Source: Pirellulaceae bacterium (GTDB lineage Bacteria > Planctomycetota > Planctomycetia > Pirellulales > Pirellulaceae). From it: a stretch of DNA of 64,000 nucleotides. Shown one piece after another: positions 30,024 through 40,922 of the stretch. Location: positions 66,120 through 130,119 of the forward strand of contig JAVJSD010000014.1 in the NCBI GenBank assembly GCA_040219575.1, written 5' to 3'. How positions within the stretch are numbered: position 1 is the stretch's first letter; each line of letters begins with the position of its first letter. Under the pieces are notes generated by a model. That model saw only the letters and a program-made list of their open reading frames with translations, searched no databases and was not told the DNA's origin. A program made the translations under genes and the position numbers.

Positions 30024-30521
30024 GTGAGCAAAGTCAGCCAAGTGGTCCTCGCATGGATGGTGATCGCGGTGTGCGGCGCAACGGCCGTCGCCCAAAACTC
30101 CGAGGACTTCGCCGCCGGACTGAAGGGCCGCTGGAAGTCGGACTGGCAGCGCACGAAGAAGCACATCGACGCCGACTGCAAGCTCACCGACGACCAACTC
30201 TCCGCGTTGCGTCAGCTCGTGGGAAAAATGACGGTCCAGTACGACGACAAGCACGTCGTCCATTCAATGCCGGAGATCCGCTTCCGGGGCAAGGATGGAA
30301 GTGAAATTGTGATGGACGCCTGGACGACGACGGAGCCCCTCGAAGTACTCGGCCGCACCAAAATGCAGATCGCCTTCCGCAATCAGGCGATCGAGCCGCT
30401 TACGGACGACTCGATTGGGCTGCTCACGTTCGACGACGACGACACTTACTGGGTGTACATGGCGGGGTTTCACGTCCGCGAGTACTTCCGCCGGGTTCCG
30501 GCGGAAACCGGGAAGCAATAG
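30024..30521 (+). CDS. hypothetical secreted protein
   Basis: GTG start with an AGGAG site 6 nt upstream. Signal peptide VVLAWMVIAVCGATAVAQ. No family recognised. Confidence 0.45.
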   Translation: MSKVSQVVLAWMVIAVCGATAVAQNSEDFAAGLKGRWKSDWQRTKKHIDADCKLTDDQLSALRQLVGKMTVQYDDKHVVHSMPEIRFRGKDGSEIVMDAWTTTEPLEVLGRTKMQIAFRNQAIEPLTDDSIGLLTFDDDDTYWVYMAGFHVREYFRRVPAETGKQ

Positions 30522-30546
30522 CTTGCGGCGCCGACGCCCAGCGCGA

Positions 30547-31155
30547 TCACTTGATCGAAGGCAGCACGTGCTGCGATTCGAACGCGTCGATCTTGTCGGC
30601 GTGCTGGAGGGTCAGCGCGATGTCGTCCAGTCCGTTCAGCAGGCAGTGCCGGCGGAATTCGTCGATTTCGAAGGCGGCGGAGAAACCGGCGTCGTCGCGC
30701 ACTTCTTGCTTCTCCAGGTCGACGGTCAAGCGGTACGGCGCGTTGTCGGCGGCCCGCCGGAAGATCTCGCTCACCTGTTCTTCGCTGAGGCGGACCGGCA
30801 GCACGCCGTTCTTGAAGCAGTTGTTGTAGAAGATGTCGGCGAAGCTGGGGGCGATCACGCTGCGAAAGCCGTAGTCGGCCAGCGCCCAAACGGCGTGTTC
30901 GCGACTGCTGCCGCTGCCGAAGTTCCGTCGCGCGACCAGGATCGACGCCCCTTCCACCTCCGGTTGATTCAATTCGAAGTCCGGATTCGGATGCCCCACG
31001 CCGTCGTCGGTGTACCGCCAGTCGAAGAACAAGAACTCGCCGAAGCCGGTCCGTTCAATCCGCTTGAGAAACTGCTTGGGGATGATCTGATCGGTATCGA
31101 CATTCGCCCGATCCATCGCCGCAACGACGCCGGTATGGGTGGTGAAGGATTGCAT
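30547..31155 (-). CDS. leuD: 3-isopropylmalate dehydratase small subunit
   Basis: LeuD-type sequence ([20 protein letters not shown]). Confidence 0.9.
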   Translation of the reverse strand: MQSFTTHTGVVAAMDRANVDTDQIIPKQFLKRIERTGFGEFLFFDWRYTDDGVGHPNPDFELNQPEVEGASILVARRNFGSGSSREHAVWALADYGFRSVIAPSFADIFYNNCFKNGVLPVRLSEEQVSEIFRRAADNAPYRLTVDLEKQEVRDDAGFSAAFEIDEFRRHCLLNGLDDIALTLQHADKIDAFESQHVLPSIK

Positions 31156-31299
31156 AGGGATTTTCTCGATTCGATGTATTGGATTCGTGTTCGATGGAAG
31201 GCGTCGTCATCGCCCACCTTGCTGGCGCTACGGGCTCGACGGCGATTCCGAGCCGGCAGCGCCAGCAAGGAGGAATCGGCGTCGTAGCTGCGACAGATA

Positions 31300-32712
<1,413 letters not shown>

Positions 32713-32760
32713 CGCAATGCTCGAATACGTAGGGGAAGGCGGGCGCCGGCTGAAGCCGTG

Positions 32761-32826
32761 TTGCGGAAGTCGCCAGACTTCCGAAGTCCACTGCGCAGTC
32801 TCGGAACTCAGGCGAGTTCCGCGACG
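32761..32826 (+). repeat. REP-like element, copy G
   Basis: Sequence gtgttgcggaagtcgccagacttccgaagtccactgcgcagtctcggaactcaggcgagttccgcgacgc. Confidence 0.8.
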
Positions 32827-33037
32827 CAGACAGTTGCTTCGGGCTCGTCGCCCACAGGAGGCCGTAGCCCAAAGGTGGGTTCGCGGCGTCTACTCCGAAT
32901 CCTTAAGTATACGCTTCCGGCCATCGAGCGGGAGGCGTCTCCGGGTGTCGGGCCGCGTGTGGCCTAAGCCGGGGGCGACTGATATATTGCGTCTGGCAAT
33001 TCTCGTCTCAAAGGCTTGTGTGGAAAGGACTATCGTC

Positions 33038-34462
33038 ATGGCGCTGATGGAAGTCATCGACTACTTCGACTCTTCCAATCGCACGCTGGTTCAGCGGGTG
33101 CCGCCCGAGGGCTCCGCCGACATCAAACTCGGCGCCCAGCTGATCGTGCAACAGAACCAGGAGGCGGTGTTCTTCCGCGACGGCAAGGCGATGGACACCT
33201 TCAGCCCCGGCCGCTACACGCTGACCACCGCCAACGTGCCGATCATCACCCGGTTCTTGACGATCCCCTGGGACAAATCGCCGTTTCAGGCGCTGGTTTA
33301 CTTCGTCGGCAAGCAGACGTTTCTCGATCAACGCTGGGGCACCCGGCAGCCGATTCCGCTGTCGGATCCTGATTTCGGCATGGTCCGCCTGCGGGGCTTC
33401 GGCAAGTACTCGTTCCGCTGCGTCGATCCCGCGCTGTTGATCAACACGCTGGTCGGCACGCAGGGCAAATACTCCACCGATCAGGTGACGGCGTTCCTCA
33501 AAGACCTGGTGGTGGCCCGGATGGCCGACCTGCTGGGCACGATGAAGATCCGCGTGCTCGACCTGGTCGGCAAGTACGACGAACTCGCCTCCGCCACCCG
33601 CGTGAAGGTCGCCGAGGACTTCGCCAAGTACGGCCTGGAACTGGTCGATTTCTTCATCAACGCCATCACGCCGCCCGAGGAAGTGCAGAAGGCGATCGAC
33701 ACCCGCAGCAGCATGGGGGCCATCGGCGATCTGCAAGCCTTCACCATGTACCAGGCCGCCAACAGCATGGCCAAGATGGCCGAACATGGCGGCGGACAGG
33801 GTGGAGGCGCGATGGGCATGGGGATGGGCGCCGGCTTCGGCATGATGATGCCCGGCATGATCCAACAGGCAATGCAGGCTCGCCAGGGACAGGCCCCGGC
33901 GCCCGGACAGGCGCCGACGCAAGGCGCGCCGACGGCGCCTTCACCGGCGACCGGTGCGGCGGCCGCAGGCACGGCGGCGGGCGCCGGTGCAGCGGCAGGC
34001 GCTGCAGCGCAGGCCAGCGGTTTCGACTTCGCCGACCTCTCGCCCGTCGCGATAGCGAAGGACCCGCAATCGCTGGTTCGCGAAGTCGCCAAGACGGCCG
34101 GCTGGCAGATGGACGAAGAAGCGAGCGAAATCCGCATCACCGTTCCCATCGGAAGCTTGCGCAAGCAGATCGTACACGTTCGCTTCGACCGCAAGGACGA
34201 GGAAGGGCACGACATGCTCTCGATCTCCTCGGTCTGCGGGCCGATTTCCGAGCAGAACGCGATGCTGCTGTTGCGCTACAACACCAAACTGGTGCACGGC
34301 GCCTTCGCGGTGGAAAGCACCAGCGGCGGAGAAGTCGTCGTCGTGCAGGCCAACCACCTCGCCCAGGCCGCCGACGCCTTGGAGCTGACCCGCTCCATCA
34401 CCTCCATCGCCTGGCAGGCCGACAAGGTCGAGGAAAAACTCCTCGGCGGCGACTCATACTAG
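33038..34462 (+). CDS. SPFH/band-7-like domain protein with Gly/Met-rich linker and YbjN-like C-terminal domain
   Basis: N-terminal [62 protein letters not shown] block typical of the SPFH-like (PF13421-type) family. Low-complexity [16 protein letters not shown] linker. The family assignment is by eye. Confidence 0.55.
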   Translation: MALMEVIDYFDSSNRTLVQRVPPEGSADIKLGAQLIVQQNQEAVFFRDGKAMDTFSPGRYTLTTANVPIITRFLTIPWDKSPFQALVYFVGKQTFLDQRWGTRQPIPLSDPDFGMVRLRGFGKYSFRCVDPALLINTLVGTQGKYSTDQVTAFLKDLVVARMADLLGTMKIRVLDLVGKYDELASATRVKVAEDFAKYGLELVDFFINAITPPEEVQKAIDTRSSMGAIGDLQAFTMYQAANSMAKMAEHGGGQGGGAMGMGMGAGFGMMMPGMIQQAMQARQGQAPAPGQAPTQGAPTAPSPATGAAAAGTAAGAGAAAGAAAQASGFDFADLSPVAIAKDPQSLVREVAKTAGWQMDEEASEIRITVPIGSLRKQIVHVRFDRKDEEGHDMLSISSVCGPISEQNAMLLLRYNTKLVHGAFAVESTSGGEVVVVQANHLAQAADALELTRSITSIAWQADKVEEKLLGGDSY

Positions 34463-36316
34463 CCCCTAACCAAGCGAAGTTTCTGAGCCTCATTGGTCGG
34501 TTTTACGAAAAAACTCGAAAACTCTCGGCGGTTCTTGGGTAACTCAGGAGTGTAAGGCTTCCGAGTCGCCAACGCATGGAGGGTTTTCGAGTGAAGATCA
34601 AGGTAAAGCGAAAGTTGGATCGTTGCAAGCGTCGCATTCAGCGACGCTTGGACAAGACGGATAATCGTGGTTGCGAACGGCCGATGTTCACGGCTTCGAA
34701 TATCCATTACGAGATCTCCGACCGCACACGGGGCATCTCGGCTGGAGGCATTGGTTTGATTCACCTCCTGGTGAAGCACGTCGGATTGGTGGAGGCGATT
34801 GACGAGCACCTGCAACTGCTCAAGTGCCATCTTCCCTACCACGAATCCGATCATGTGCTGAACATCGCCTACAACCTGTTGGCGGGCGGGACCTGTCTGG
34901 AGCACCTGGAATTGCGACGCCAGGATGAGGTTTATCTCGACGCCCTGGGCGCCCGGCGGATTCCGGATCCCACCACCGCCGGCGACTTCTGCCGCCGCTT
35001 CAGCAGCGTCGACGTGCTCGCGCTGCAGGAAGTCTTCAACGAGACGCGAATCAAGGTCTGGAAGCAGCAAGACGACGCGTTCTTCCAACGGGCCGTCATC
35101 GACGCCGACGGCACGATGGTCGAGACCACCGGCCAGTGCAAACAGGGCATCGACATCAATCACAAAGGCCAGTGGGGATATCACCCGCTGATCGTCTCCT
35201 TGGCCAACACGGGCGAGCCGTTGTACGTGGTCAATCGTCGCGGCAACCGGCCGAGTCACGAGGGCGCTCACTTCTACCTCGACCAGGCCGTCGGCCACTG
35301 CCGGGCCGCCGGCTTTCGCGAGATCCTGCTGCGCGGCGACACCGACTTCTCGCAGACCGAGCATCTCGACAAGTGGGACGACGACGGCGTGAAGTTCGTG
35401 TTCGGGATCGACGCCACGTCGAAACTGTACGAATTGGCCGAGCAATTGCCGCTCGACGCCTGGCGACGGCTCAAACGCGAGCAGCAGGAACCGCCCTCCA
35501 AACCGCGAGCCAAGCCGGACAACGTGAAGCAGGAGATCGTCGAGCAACGCGAGTTCAACAACATCCGCACGGTCCGCGAGTACGTCGCCGAGTTCGACTA
35601 TCAACCGCACGCCTGCCGCAAGAAGTACCGCATCGTCGTGGTCTGGAAAGACCTGGAGGAGTCTCAAGGGCAAAAGAAGTTGTTCGACTACACGCGCTGC
35701 TTCTTCTACATCACCAACCTGCGGGAGCCGCCGGCGACGGTGGTCAAGGAAGCCAACGGCCGCTGCAACCAGGAGAACCACATCCAGCAATACAAACACG
35801 GCGTGCCGGCGCTGACGGCCCCGCTGGACAACCTGGTCAGCAACTGGGCCTACATGGTGATGGCGTGCCTCGCCTGGAGCCTGAAGGCCTGGGCGGCGTT
35901 GCTGCTTCCGGAGCATCCGCGTTGGCAGGAGAAGCACCGTCAAGAAAAGCAGACGCTGCTGCGAATGGACTTCGCCACCTTCCGCAATGCGTTGTTGAAC
36001 ATCCCCGCGCAAATCGTTCACACAAGCCGCCGCATCATCTACCGGCTGCTTGCGTGGAATCCCTGGCAAGACGTGTTCTTTCGCTTGCTGGATCAACTCG
36101 CCCTACCGCTACGATGCTGACGCATGCAACACGTGAAGTCGGAGTCTGGATGCTCCGATACCGCCGCCACGCCGAACCTTGAAACGCACGACCATGAGGA
36201 CACGACAACCCGATTCCCACCCCGCAGCCGCCGGCCGCGCCGCTAAAACTGCGCACCCCCGACTACACGAAAAACTAGCGAAAAAGCGTCGGGGGCTTCA
36301 CTTGATTTAGGCCTAG
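34459..36316 (+). mobile_element. IS1380-family insertion sequence (ends approximate)
   Basis: DDE transposase with the IS1380-type C-terminal block (GRCNQENHIQQYKHGVPAL). Candidate imperfect terminal inverted repeats ctagcccctaaccaagcgaag (34459) and cttcacttgatttaggcctag (ending 36316) match at 16 of 21 positions. The left end coincides with the stop codon of the SPFH gene. Confidence 0.6.
34576..36120 (+). CDS. IS1380-family DDE transposase
   Basis: 514 aa. Characteristic IS1380 motifs. Confidence 0.85.
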   Translation: MEGFRVKIKVKRKLDRCKRRIQRRLDKTDNRGCERPMFTASNIHYEISDRTRGISAGGIGLIHLLVKHVGLVEAIDEHLQLLKCHLPYHESDHVLNIAYNLLAGGTCLEHLELRRQDEVYLDALGARRIPDPTTAGDFCRRFSSVDVLALQEVFNETRIKVWKQQDDAFFQRAVIDADGTMVETTGQCKQGIDINHKGQWGYHPLIVSLANTGEPLYVVNRRGNRPSHEGAHFYLDQAVGHCRAAGFREILLRGDTDFSQTEHLDKWDDDGVKFVFGIDATSKLYELAEQLPLDAWRRLKREQQEPPSKPRAKPDNVKQEIVEQREFNNIRTVREYVAEFDYQPHACRKKYRIVVVWKDLEESQGQKKLFDYTRCFFYITNLREPPATVVKEANGRCNQENHIQQYKHGVPALTAPLDNLVSNWAYMVMACLAWSLKAWAALLLPEHPRWQEKHRQEKQTLLRMDFATFRNALLNIPAQIVHTSRRIIYRLLAWNPWQDVFFRLLDQLALPLRC

Positions 36317-36553
36317 ATTTGTCCAGACAGCGGCAGCCTGTGCGTGCGTTTGAAAGTAGTCTCGATCCTCCACAGAGATCGCGACATTATTGCCAGCAAG
36401 ATTTCGCAGGTAAGCCTTCACTCCACCCAATCCACCACTCCCGCCAGATGCTGCCATTTGGACGTTCAGATTGTGGTATTGGATAACGAGATTATCTAAC
36501 ACCCGATTATCAAGGCTGTTGTTGTTTCCTTCACAGACGAGATAGACGGACAT
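36275..36553 (-). CDS. mini-Toprim protein (DUF4435/OLD-like core; possibly C-terminally truncated by the IS)
   Basis: Toprim Glu in VYLVCEGNN and DxD in SVEDRDY. The last ~13 codons lie inside the candidate IS1380 right end. It overlaps the stop of the upstream ATPase. Confidence 0.45.
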   Translation of the reverse strand: MSVYLVCEGNNNSLDNRVLDNLVIQYHNLNVQMAASGGSGGLGGVKAYLRNLAGNNVAISVEDRDYFQTHAQAAAVWTNLGLNQVKPPTLFR

Positions 36554-37659
36554 TACTGTGGTCCCTCGGAACTCAGGTCATCCAAGCTTCCGAGGTCGAC
36601 GACAGAATCCGGGCGAACTGCATCACGCAGATATGGCGAATGGGTCGTGGCGATTATCTGATTGCCGTCACCCATTTGTGGAACAAGATGTAAGAGCTTT
36701 CGTTGCCATATGGGATGTTGATTGAGTTCTATTTCGTCGATCAGCACAATTGACTGGTGCATATGCTCAGCGACAAATCGAATCAGCAACAACAGCACCA
36801 TCTGTTCTCCGCTACTTAATCCGCTGTATGAGTATTCGTCACACCCATTACTAAAGAGGATGTCCAGCCCACCTCGATCGTCATCGCGGATTGGACCGAC
36901 GATTTCGTGCGGAGCGCAGACTCGTGAGTATCGTTGCTTGATTCGGTCAAAATCACTCACTTGCTGATCGCGATACGGCGGCACCAAAGATCGGACTGCC
37001 AGATCAAGGAGAATGGTTTTGGGATCACTCGTTCTTCGATCCTTCGTTCCCGTAGGCATCGTCCCGTGAATGATGTTCCAGACCCTTCGGGATACTGTCT
37101 TGGCGAATGCCGTACGCTGCTGATCGAAGGTGAAGACGCCTCCCACTTTCTCAAACCAATCCCAACCGACCCGTCGCGTCGAAAGCAAACGGGCGATCCG
37201 ATACCGCCCCTTTAGCAGGGTCCAGCCGAGGCCAGGTTCGCACGTGCTGTAGCCATGCTCCGAACGCCCCTCGGGATCCGGGTACTCCCAGGTCAGTGCA
37301 ACTTCCTGAGCGTTAGGCACTTCGTGCGGCAACTCGGCCAAATCAAATACGTGACGGACTGCTTCAATCTCGTCCGTCGTGAATCGAAGCCAACACGTAA
37401 CCTTGGCGTGCAAAGCCCCTCGACGCACCACTGCCCAAGGAGCCCGCACAAAGTGCCGTCGCAGCGTTGGCATTTGCAGGGTGGGGCCAATTGCGGCAGC
37501 AATTGCGTCGAGGATAGTCGTCTTCCCGCAGGTGTTGGGGCCGACCAAAAGAGAGAATTCGCGCACCCTACCCATGGCGTCGGTGAAATCCAACACGAGC
37601 GGTTGGCCCTCTCCTCCGAGATGACGAAAATTCTCAATTTGCACTCTTGCAAGCTTCAT
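36553..37659 (-). CDS. compact ABC-type ATPase (AAA_15/AAA_21-like, RecF/SMC-head-like)
   Basis: Walker A (GPNTCGKTT), ABC signature (SSGEQ), Walker B/D-loop (IVLIDEIELNQHP) and H-loop (IATTHSP). GC content is visibly lower than the backbone. Confidence 0.75.
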   Translation of the reverse strand: MKLARVQIENFRHLGGEGQPLVLDFTDAMGRVREFSLLVGPNTCGKTTILDAIAAAIGPTLQMPTLRRHFVRAPWAVVRRGALHAKVTCWLRFTTDEIEAVRHVFDLAELPHEVPNAQEVALTWEYPDPEGRSEHGYSTCEPGLGWTLLKGRYRIARLLSTRRVGWDWFEKVGGVFTFDQQRTAFAKTVSRRVWNIIHGTMPTGTKDRRTSDPKTILLDLAVRSLVPPYRDQQVSDFDRIKQRYSRVCAPHEIVGPIRDDDRGGLDILFSNGCDEYSYSGLSSGEQMVLLLLIRFVAEHMHQSIVLIDEIELNQHPIWQRKLLHLVPQMGDGNQIIATTHSPYLRDAVRPDSVVDLGSLDDLSSEGPQ

Positions 37660-38060
37660 GTTCCGCTCTCGGTTCCATGAAAAACATTCCATCCGAACAG
37701 TGTTTCCGACCATTCAGATTATCGACGTGGTACACCGGCACTGCAAGTTCGGTTTTGGAATCGCCGGCACGCTCAGGGCACATAGGCACGGCTCGGAAAG
37801 TCAACCGAGCGCCGACGTTACGAGCCTGCTGCCAATTCGGAGCATTGCCTTTTTCGGCAGTCCGACTAGCTAGTTCCAGTCTTACTCAGACAGCCATGCC
37901 ACGGCCGACGTTCACTCGGCACGAATGCTTGTCGGTTTGGTTAGCTGTCGGATGGGCAAATCGGCGGGTGTGAACCAGCCGGTCGAAACTATGCCGACTT
38001 TGAGCGGCGAAGAACGCCGGATTACTTGCTTCTGGCCCCCAGGATGGGTAGATTCGGCGG

Positions 38061-39011
38061 TTGCAGGACTCTCTACTTCGCGAACGCAGGGGTGCCTTCG
38101 GCGCAGCCAAGTCGGTTGACGACGTATTTCTGCTGGCCTCGATCTCCAAGCCAATCTTGGCGGCGGCCGTGATGAAGCTGTACGACGAGGGGAAGTTCGG
38201 CCTGGACGATCCAGTGCAGAAGTTTCTCCCGGACTTCGTCGGCGACGGCCGCGAGAAGATCACGATGCGGCAATTGCTGACGCACGTCTCGGGTCTGCCG
38301 GACCAGTTGCCCGAGAACTCCAAGCTCCGCGCGAGCCATGACCCGCTCTCGGAGTTCGTCGATGCGGCCATTCGCACGCCGCTGTTGTTCGAGCCGGGAA
38401 CTCGCTACAGCTACTCAAGCATGGCCATCCTGCTGGCGAGCGAGGTTGCGCAGCGGATCACCGGCGCCGACTTTCCGACGCTTGTCGACGAGGCCATCTA
38501 CAAACCTCTGGAGATGCGGCATTCAGCCATGGGCCTGGGGCGGCTGAAACTGGAAAACCTGATGCGCTGCCAGGTCGAACAGGCCGCGCCCGAGTCGGGT
38601 GCCGGCGACCCGGCGGCAAAGAAGTGGGACTGGAACAGCCCCTACTGGCGAAAGCTGGGCGCTCCATGGGGCGGCGCCCACGGTTCGGCCCAGGACGTTG
38701 CCCGCTTCCTGGCGGAGTTTCTCCATCCGAGCGGCAAGACGCTCAAGCCGGAGACGGCGCGGTTGATGATCACCAACCAAAACCGCCCGGGCATCCGCTC
38801 GCGCGGGCTGGGCTTCGACGTCGGCACGAATGCTGGGAGCCCCGGGTGCAGCGAAAAGACGTTCGGTCACGGCGGCTCGACCGGCACGCTTTGCTGGTCC
38901 GACCCGGCGACCGACACGATCTGCGTCGTACTCACCACCCTGCCAACGCGGGCGGCCAATCCGCACCCACGCAACGTGGTGTCGGATCGGGTTGCGGAAG
39001 CGGTTGGGTGA
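38061..39011 (+). CDS. serine hydrolase, beta-lactamase/transpeptidase-like family (apparently 5'-truncated)
   Basis: S-x-x-K motif (ASISKPIL) only ~27 aa from the start. An in-frame stop 9 nt upstream and no signal peptide. TTG start in the track. Confidence 0.6.
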   Translation: MQDSLLRERRGAFGAAKSVDDVFLLASISKPILAAAVMKLYDEGKFGLDDPVQKFLPDFVGDGREKITMRQLLTHVSGLPDQLPENSKLRASHDPLSEFVDAAIRTPLLFEPGTRYSYSSMAILLASEVAQRITGADFPTLVDEAIYKPLEMRHSAMGLGRLKLENLMRCQVEQAAPESGAGDPAAKKWDWNSPYWRKLGAPWGGAHGSAQDVARFLAEFLHPSGKTLKPETARLMITNQNRPGIRSRGLGFDVGTNAGSPGCSEKTFGHGGSTGTLCWSDPATDTICVVLTTLPTRAANPHPRNVVSDRVAEAVG

Positions 39012-39268
39012 GCGGCTGGGTTCGGCGCCATCAACAGAACGCTCGCCCACCGGAAAGTCGGTTGCGACGTCGGTCTGGCGCGGACGTCAACCGTGAAGAG
39101 CGGCTTGGTGTATCCATTCGCCGTTTGACTACGTGCGAGTGCCGACTTTGGTCTGGCAAGACTTTCTGTCTCGATCTTCCACGTCCTCGCGGTCTACAGC
39201 CGCTCCTGAACGGATGTAGTCACGGTTGGCGATTTTATGCCAGATGTGTCTCTGAAAGGAGACATGGC

Positions 39269-39355
39269 ATGCAATCCTTGTCGATGGACTTGCGGGAGCG
39301 GGTAATTGCGGCGTACGACAGGGGCGATCGACGAAGACGAAGAACCGATCGCTGA
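39269..39355 (+). pseudogene. IS630/Tc1-family transposase N-terminal stub (28 codons)
   Basis: MQSLSMDLRERVIAAYDRG matches the conserved HTH N-terminus of IS630-family transposases, then runs into RRRRRTDR and a stop. AAGGAGA Shine-Dalgarno site upstream. Confidence 0.5.
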
Positions 39356-39390
39356 TGAACCTGCGGCGGTGACCGATTGTGCAGAGCAAG

Positions 39391-40755
39391 TCACAGATAG
39401 CGACCAGTCAAGTAGTCGATGTATGCCTCGTGTCCGTCACGATGCTTCGAGAAACATTCTATAACGTCCTGGAAGGTCAGTGCGCGAAACGCGAGTCCGT
39501 CCCGACTGACAATCTCGCGAAATCTGTCGACTTCTTCACCGTGTCGCTTTGCCGCCGCACTGCCTGGAACATCATACCAGAGGTAAACGAGGACAAATCT
39601 GCCCAGACTGTTTCGGTGTTTCAGTCCCAGTGTGTGCTTTAGTAGTTGGGCAGCATGCAGGTGGACGAATACGTCATCACGCGGGCAAATCCGTTGGCCT
39701 AGCTCACGACAATTCGGAAGCTCTATCCAGAGATGTTCTTCCCGGAGGTAAGCAGGAGCCAACCCTTTCTCGCTTGGCTCGCTGGTACGGTACACCTCCG
39801 TGAACTTACACTCGAATGCTAAATCGGGCAGTTCATTTGAATCGGCGAATGCGATCGTGACGTCCAAGTTCGGATCCCTGGGGAAATGCTCGCGGTTTGG
39901 AGAGTCCATGATCGGACGCTTTGCCTCAAACTCGATCGACTTGACTGAACCCTCCGACAAACCGAACGCCTGTAGAAGTGGATCGCAGTCCTCTTGGCCG
40001 CGCCAGTAGTCGAAGAGGTTGACGGTTAAGGCGGAAGACGAATGTACTGCTTGCATTTTTGCTGGTCCGTCTTCCGTCGTGAGTTCATCGCCATCACCCT
40101 CCTCGAACTCTTGCCGAGTTTCAAGTGACATTGGCTGGAACAGGTTATCCTCGATAGTAGGGGTGTATGCAGGATCGCCTCGGCCACCTTTGCTGCCGAT
40201 CAACTTTAGCCCATATTTCCCGGCCCATTTCTTTTGGCGTTCCTTGCAATTGTGGAAGGCTTGATCGCTTTCTGTGCGACGCGCAAAAGCTTCATCTAAG
40301 TTAGGAATATCATCATCACACACTCCTGCTGCCTTCCAAATGATGCCGAAGAATCCTTCAAAGCTTACAAACGTGGGGCGATTTTGCATAAACAGCGTTC
40401 CCGTCAATCCCTCATGTCGTCCGGCCGCCAGCTCCCTATTCATCCTGACCACACGTTGGGAGCATTCCGTAAATGACCGCTTGGCGACACCGTCGAGTTC
40501 CTCCAGCCAACGCGCCAACGGAACCTCTCCATCGAATAGCACAATCTGACGTACGTTTCTGTTCGTACGAATCAGGTCTCGTATAGGGTCGGTGATGTGA
40601 CGCATCACCTCCGTCTGTTCATCCAGTAGGAATTTCCGTTTCGCCTGCATCGAGCAATAACGAGAAACCGCTCGATTAAGGTCTGTTCCATACCGCTCCA
40701 CCTCGTAGACGCTGTCAGGCGCACAAATGTGATAATAGGCGCTGGAAAAAATCAT
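39391..40755 (-). CDS. hypothetical protein with C-terminal PD-(D/E)xK-like nuclease motif
   Basis: C-terminal DVTIAFADSNELPDLAFECKFTE (D ... E-x-K). N-terminal ~250 aa unrecognised. Low GC. The start is taken at the internal ATG at 40755. Confidence 0.4.
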   Translation of the reverse strand: MIFSSAYYHICAPDSVYEVERYGTDLNRAVSRYCSMQAKRKFLLDEQTEVMRHITDPIRDLIRTNRNVRQIVLFDGEVPLARWLEELDGVAKRSFTECSQRVVRMNRELAAGRHEGLTGTLFMQNRPTFVSFEGFFGIIWKAAGVCDDDIPNLDEAFARRTESDQAFHNCKERQKKWAGKYGLKLIGSKGGRGDPAYTPTIEDNLFQPMSLETRQEFEEGDGDELTTEDGPAKMQAVHSSSALTVNLFDYWRGQEDCDPLLQAFGLSEGSVKSIEFEAKRPIMDSPNREHFPRDPNLDVTIAFADSNELPDLAFECKFTEVYRTSEPSEKGLAPAYLREEHLWIELPNCRELGQRICPRDDVFVHLHAAQLLKHTLGLKHRNSLGRFVLVYLWYDVPGSAAAKRHGEEVDRFREIVSRDGLAFRALTFQDVIECFSKHRDGHEAYIDYLTGRYL

Positions 40756-40922
40756 CGTCTGCCTTCCTCGTGCTTGAGTAAATGTTCGACGATCTTCGAC
40801 AATGAAAGTGGATAAGAATACCCGTCGAGCTGCGAGATATGGTAGTGCGGCGGTTGCACATGGCCCTGAATCGTAATTGTAGCCAGTCACCGAATGAATC
40901 GTGAACGACAGGAACATGCGGA

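Noticed and set aside
34459-36096. 545-aa minus-strand ORF
   Set aside because: Antisense to the IS1380 transposase.
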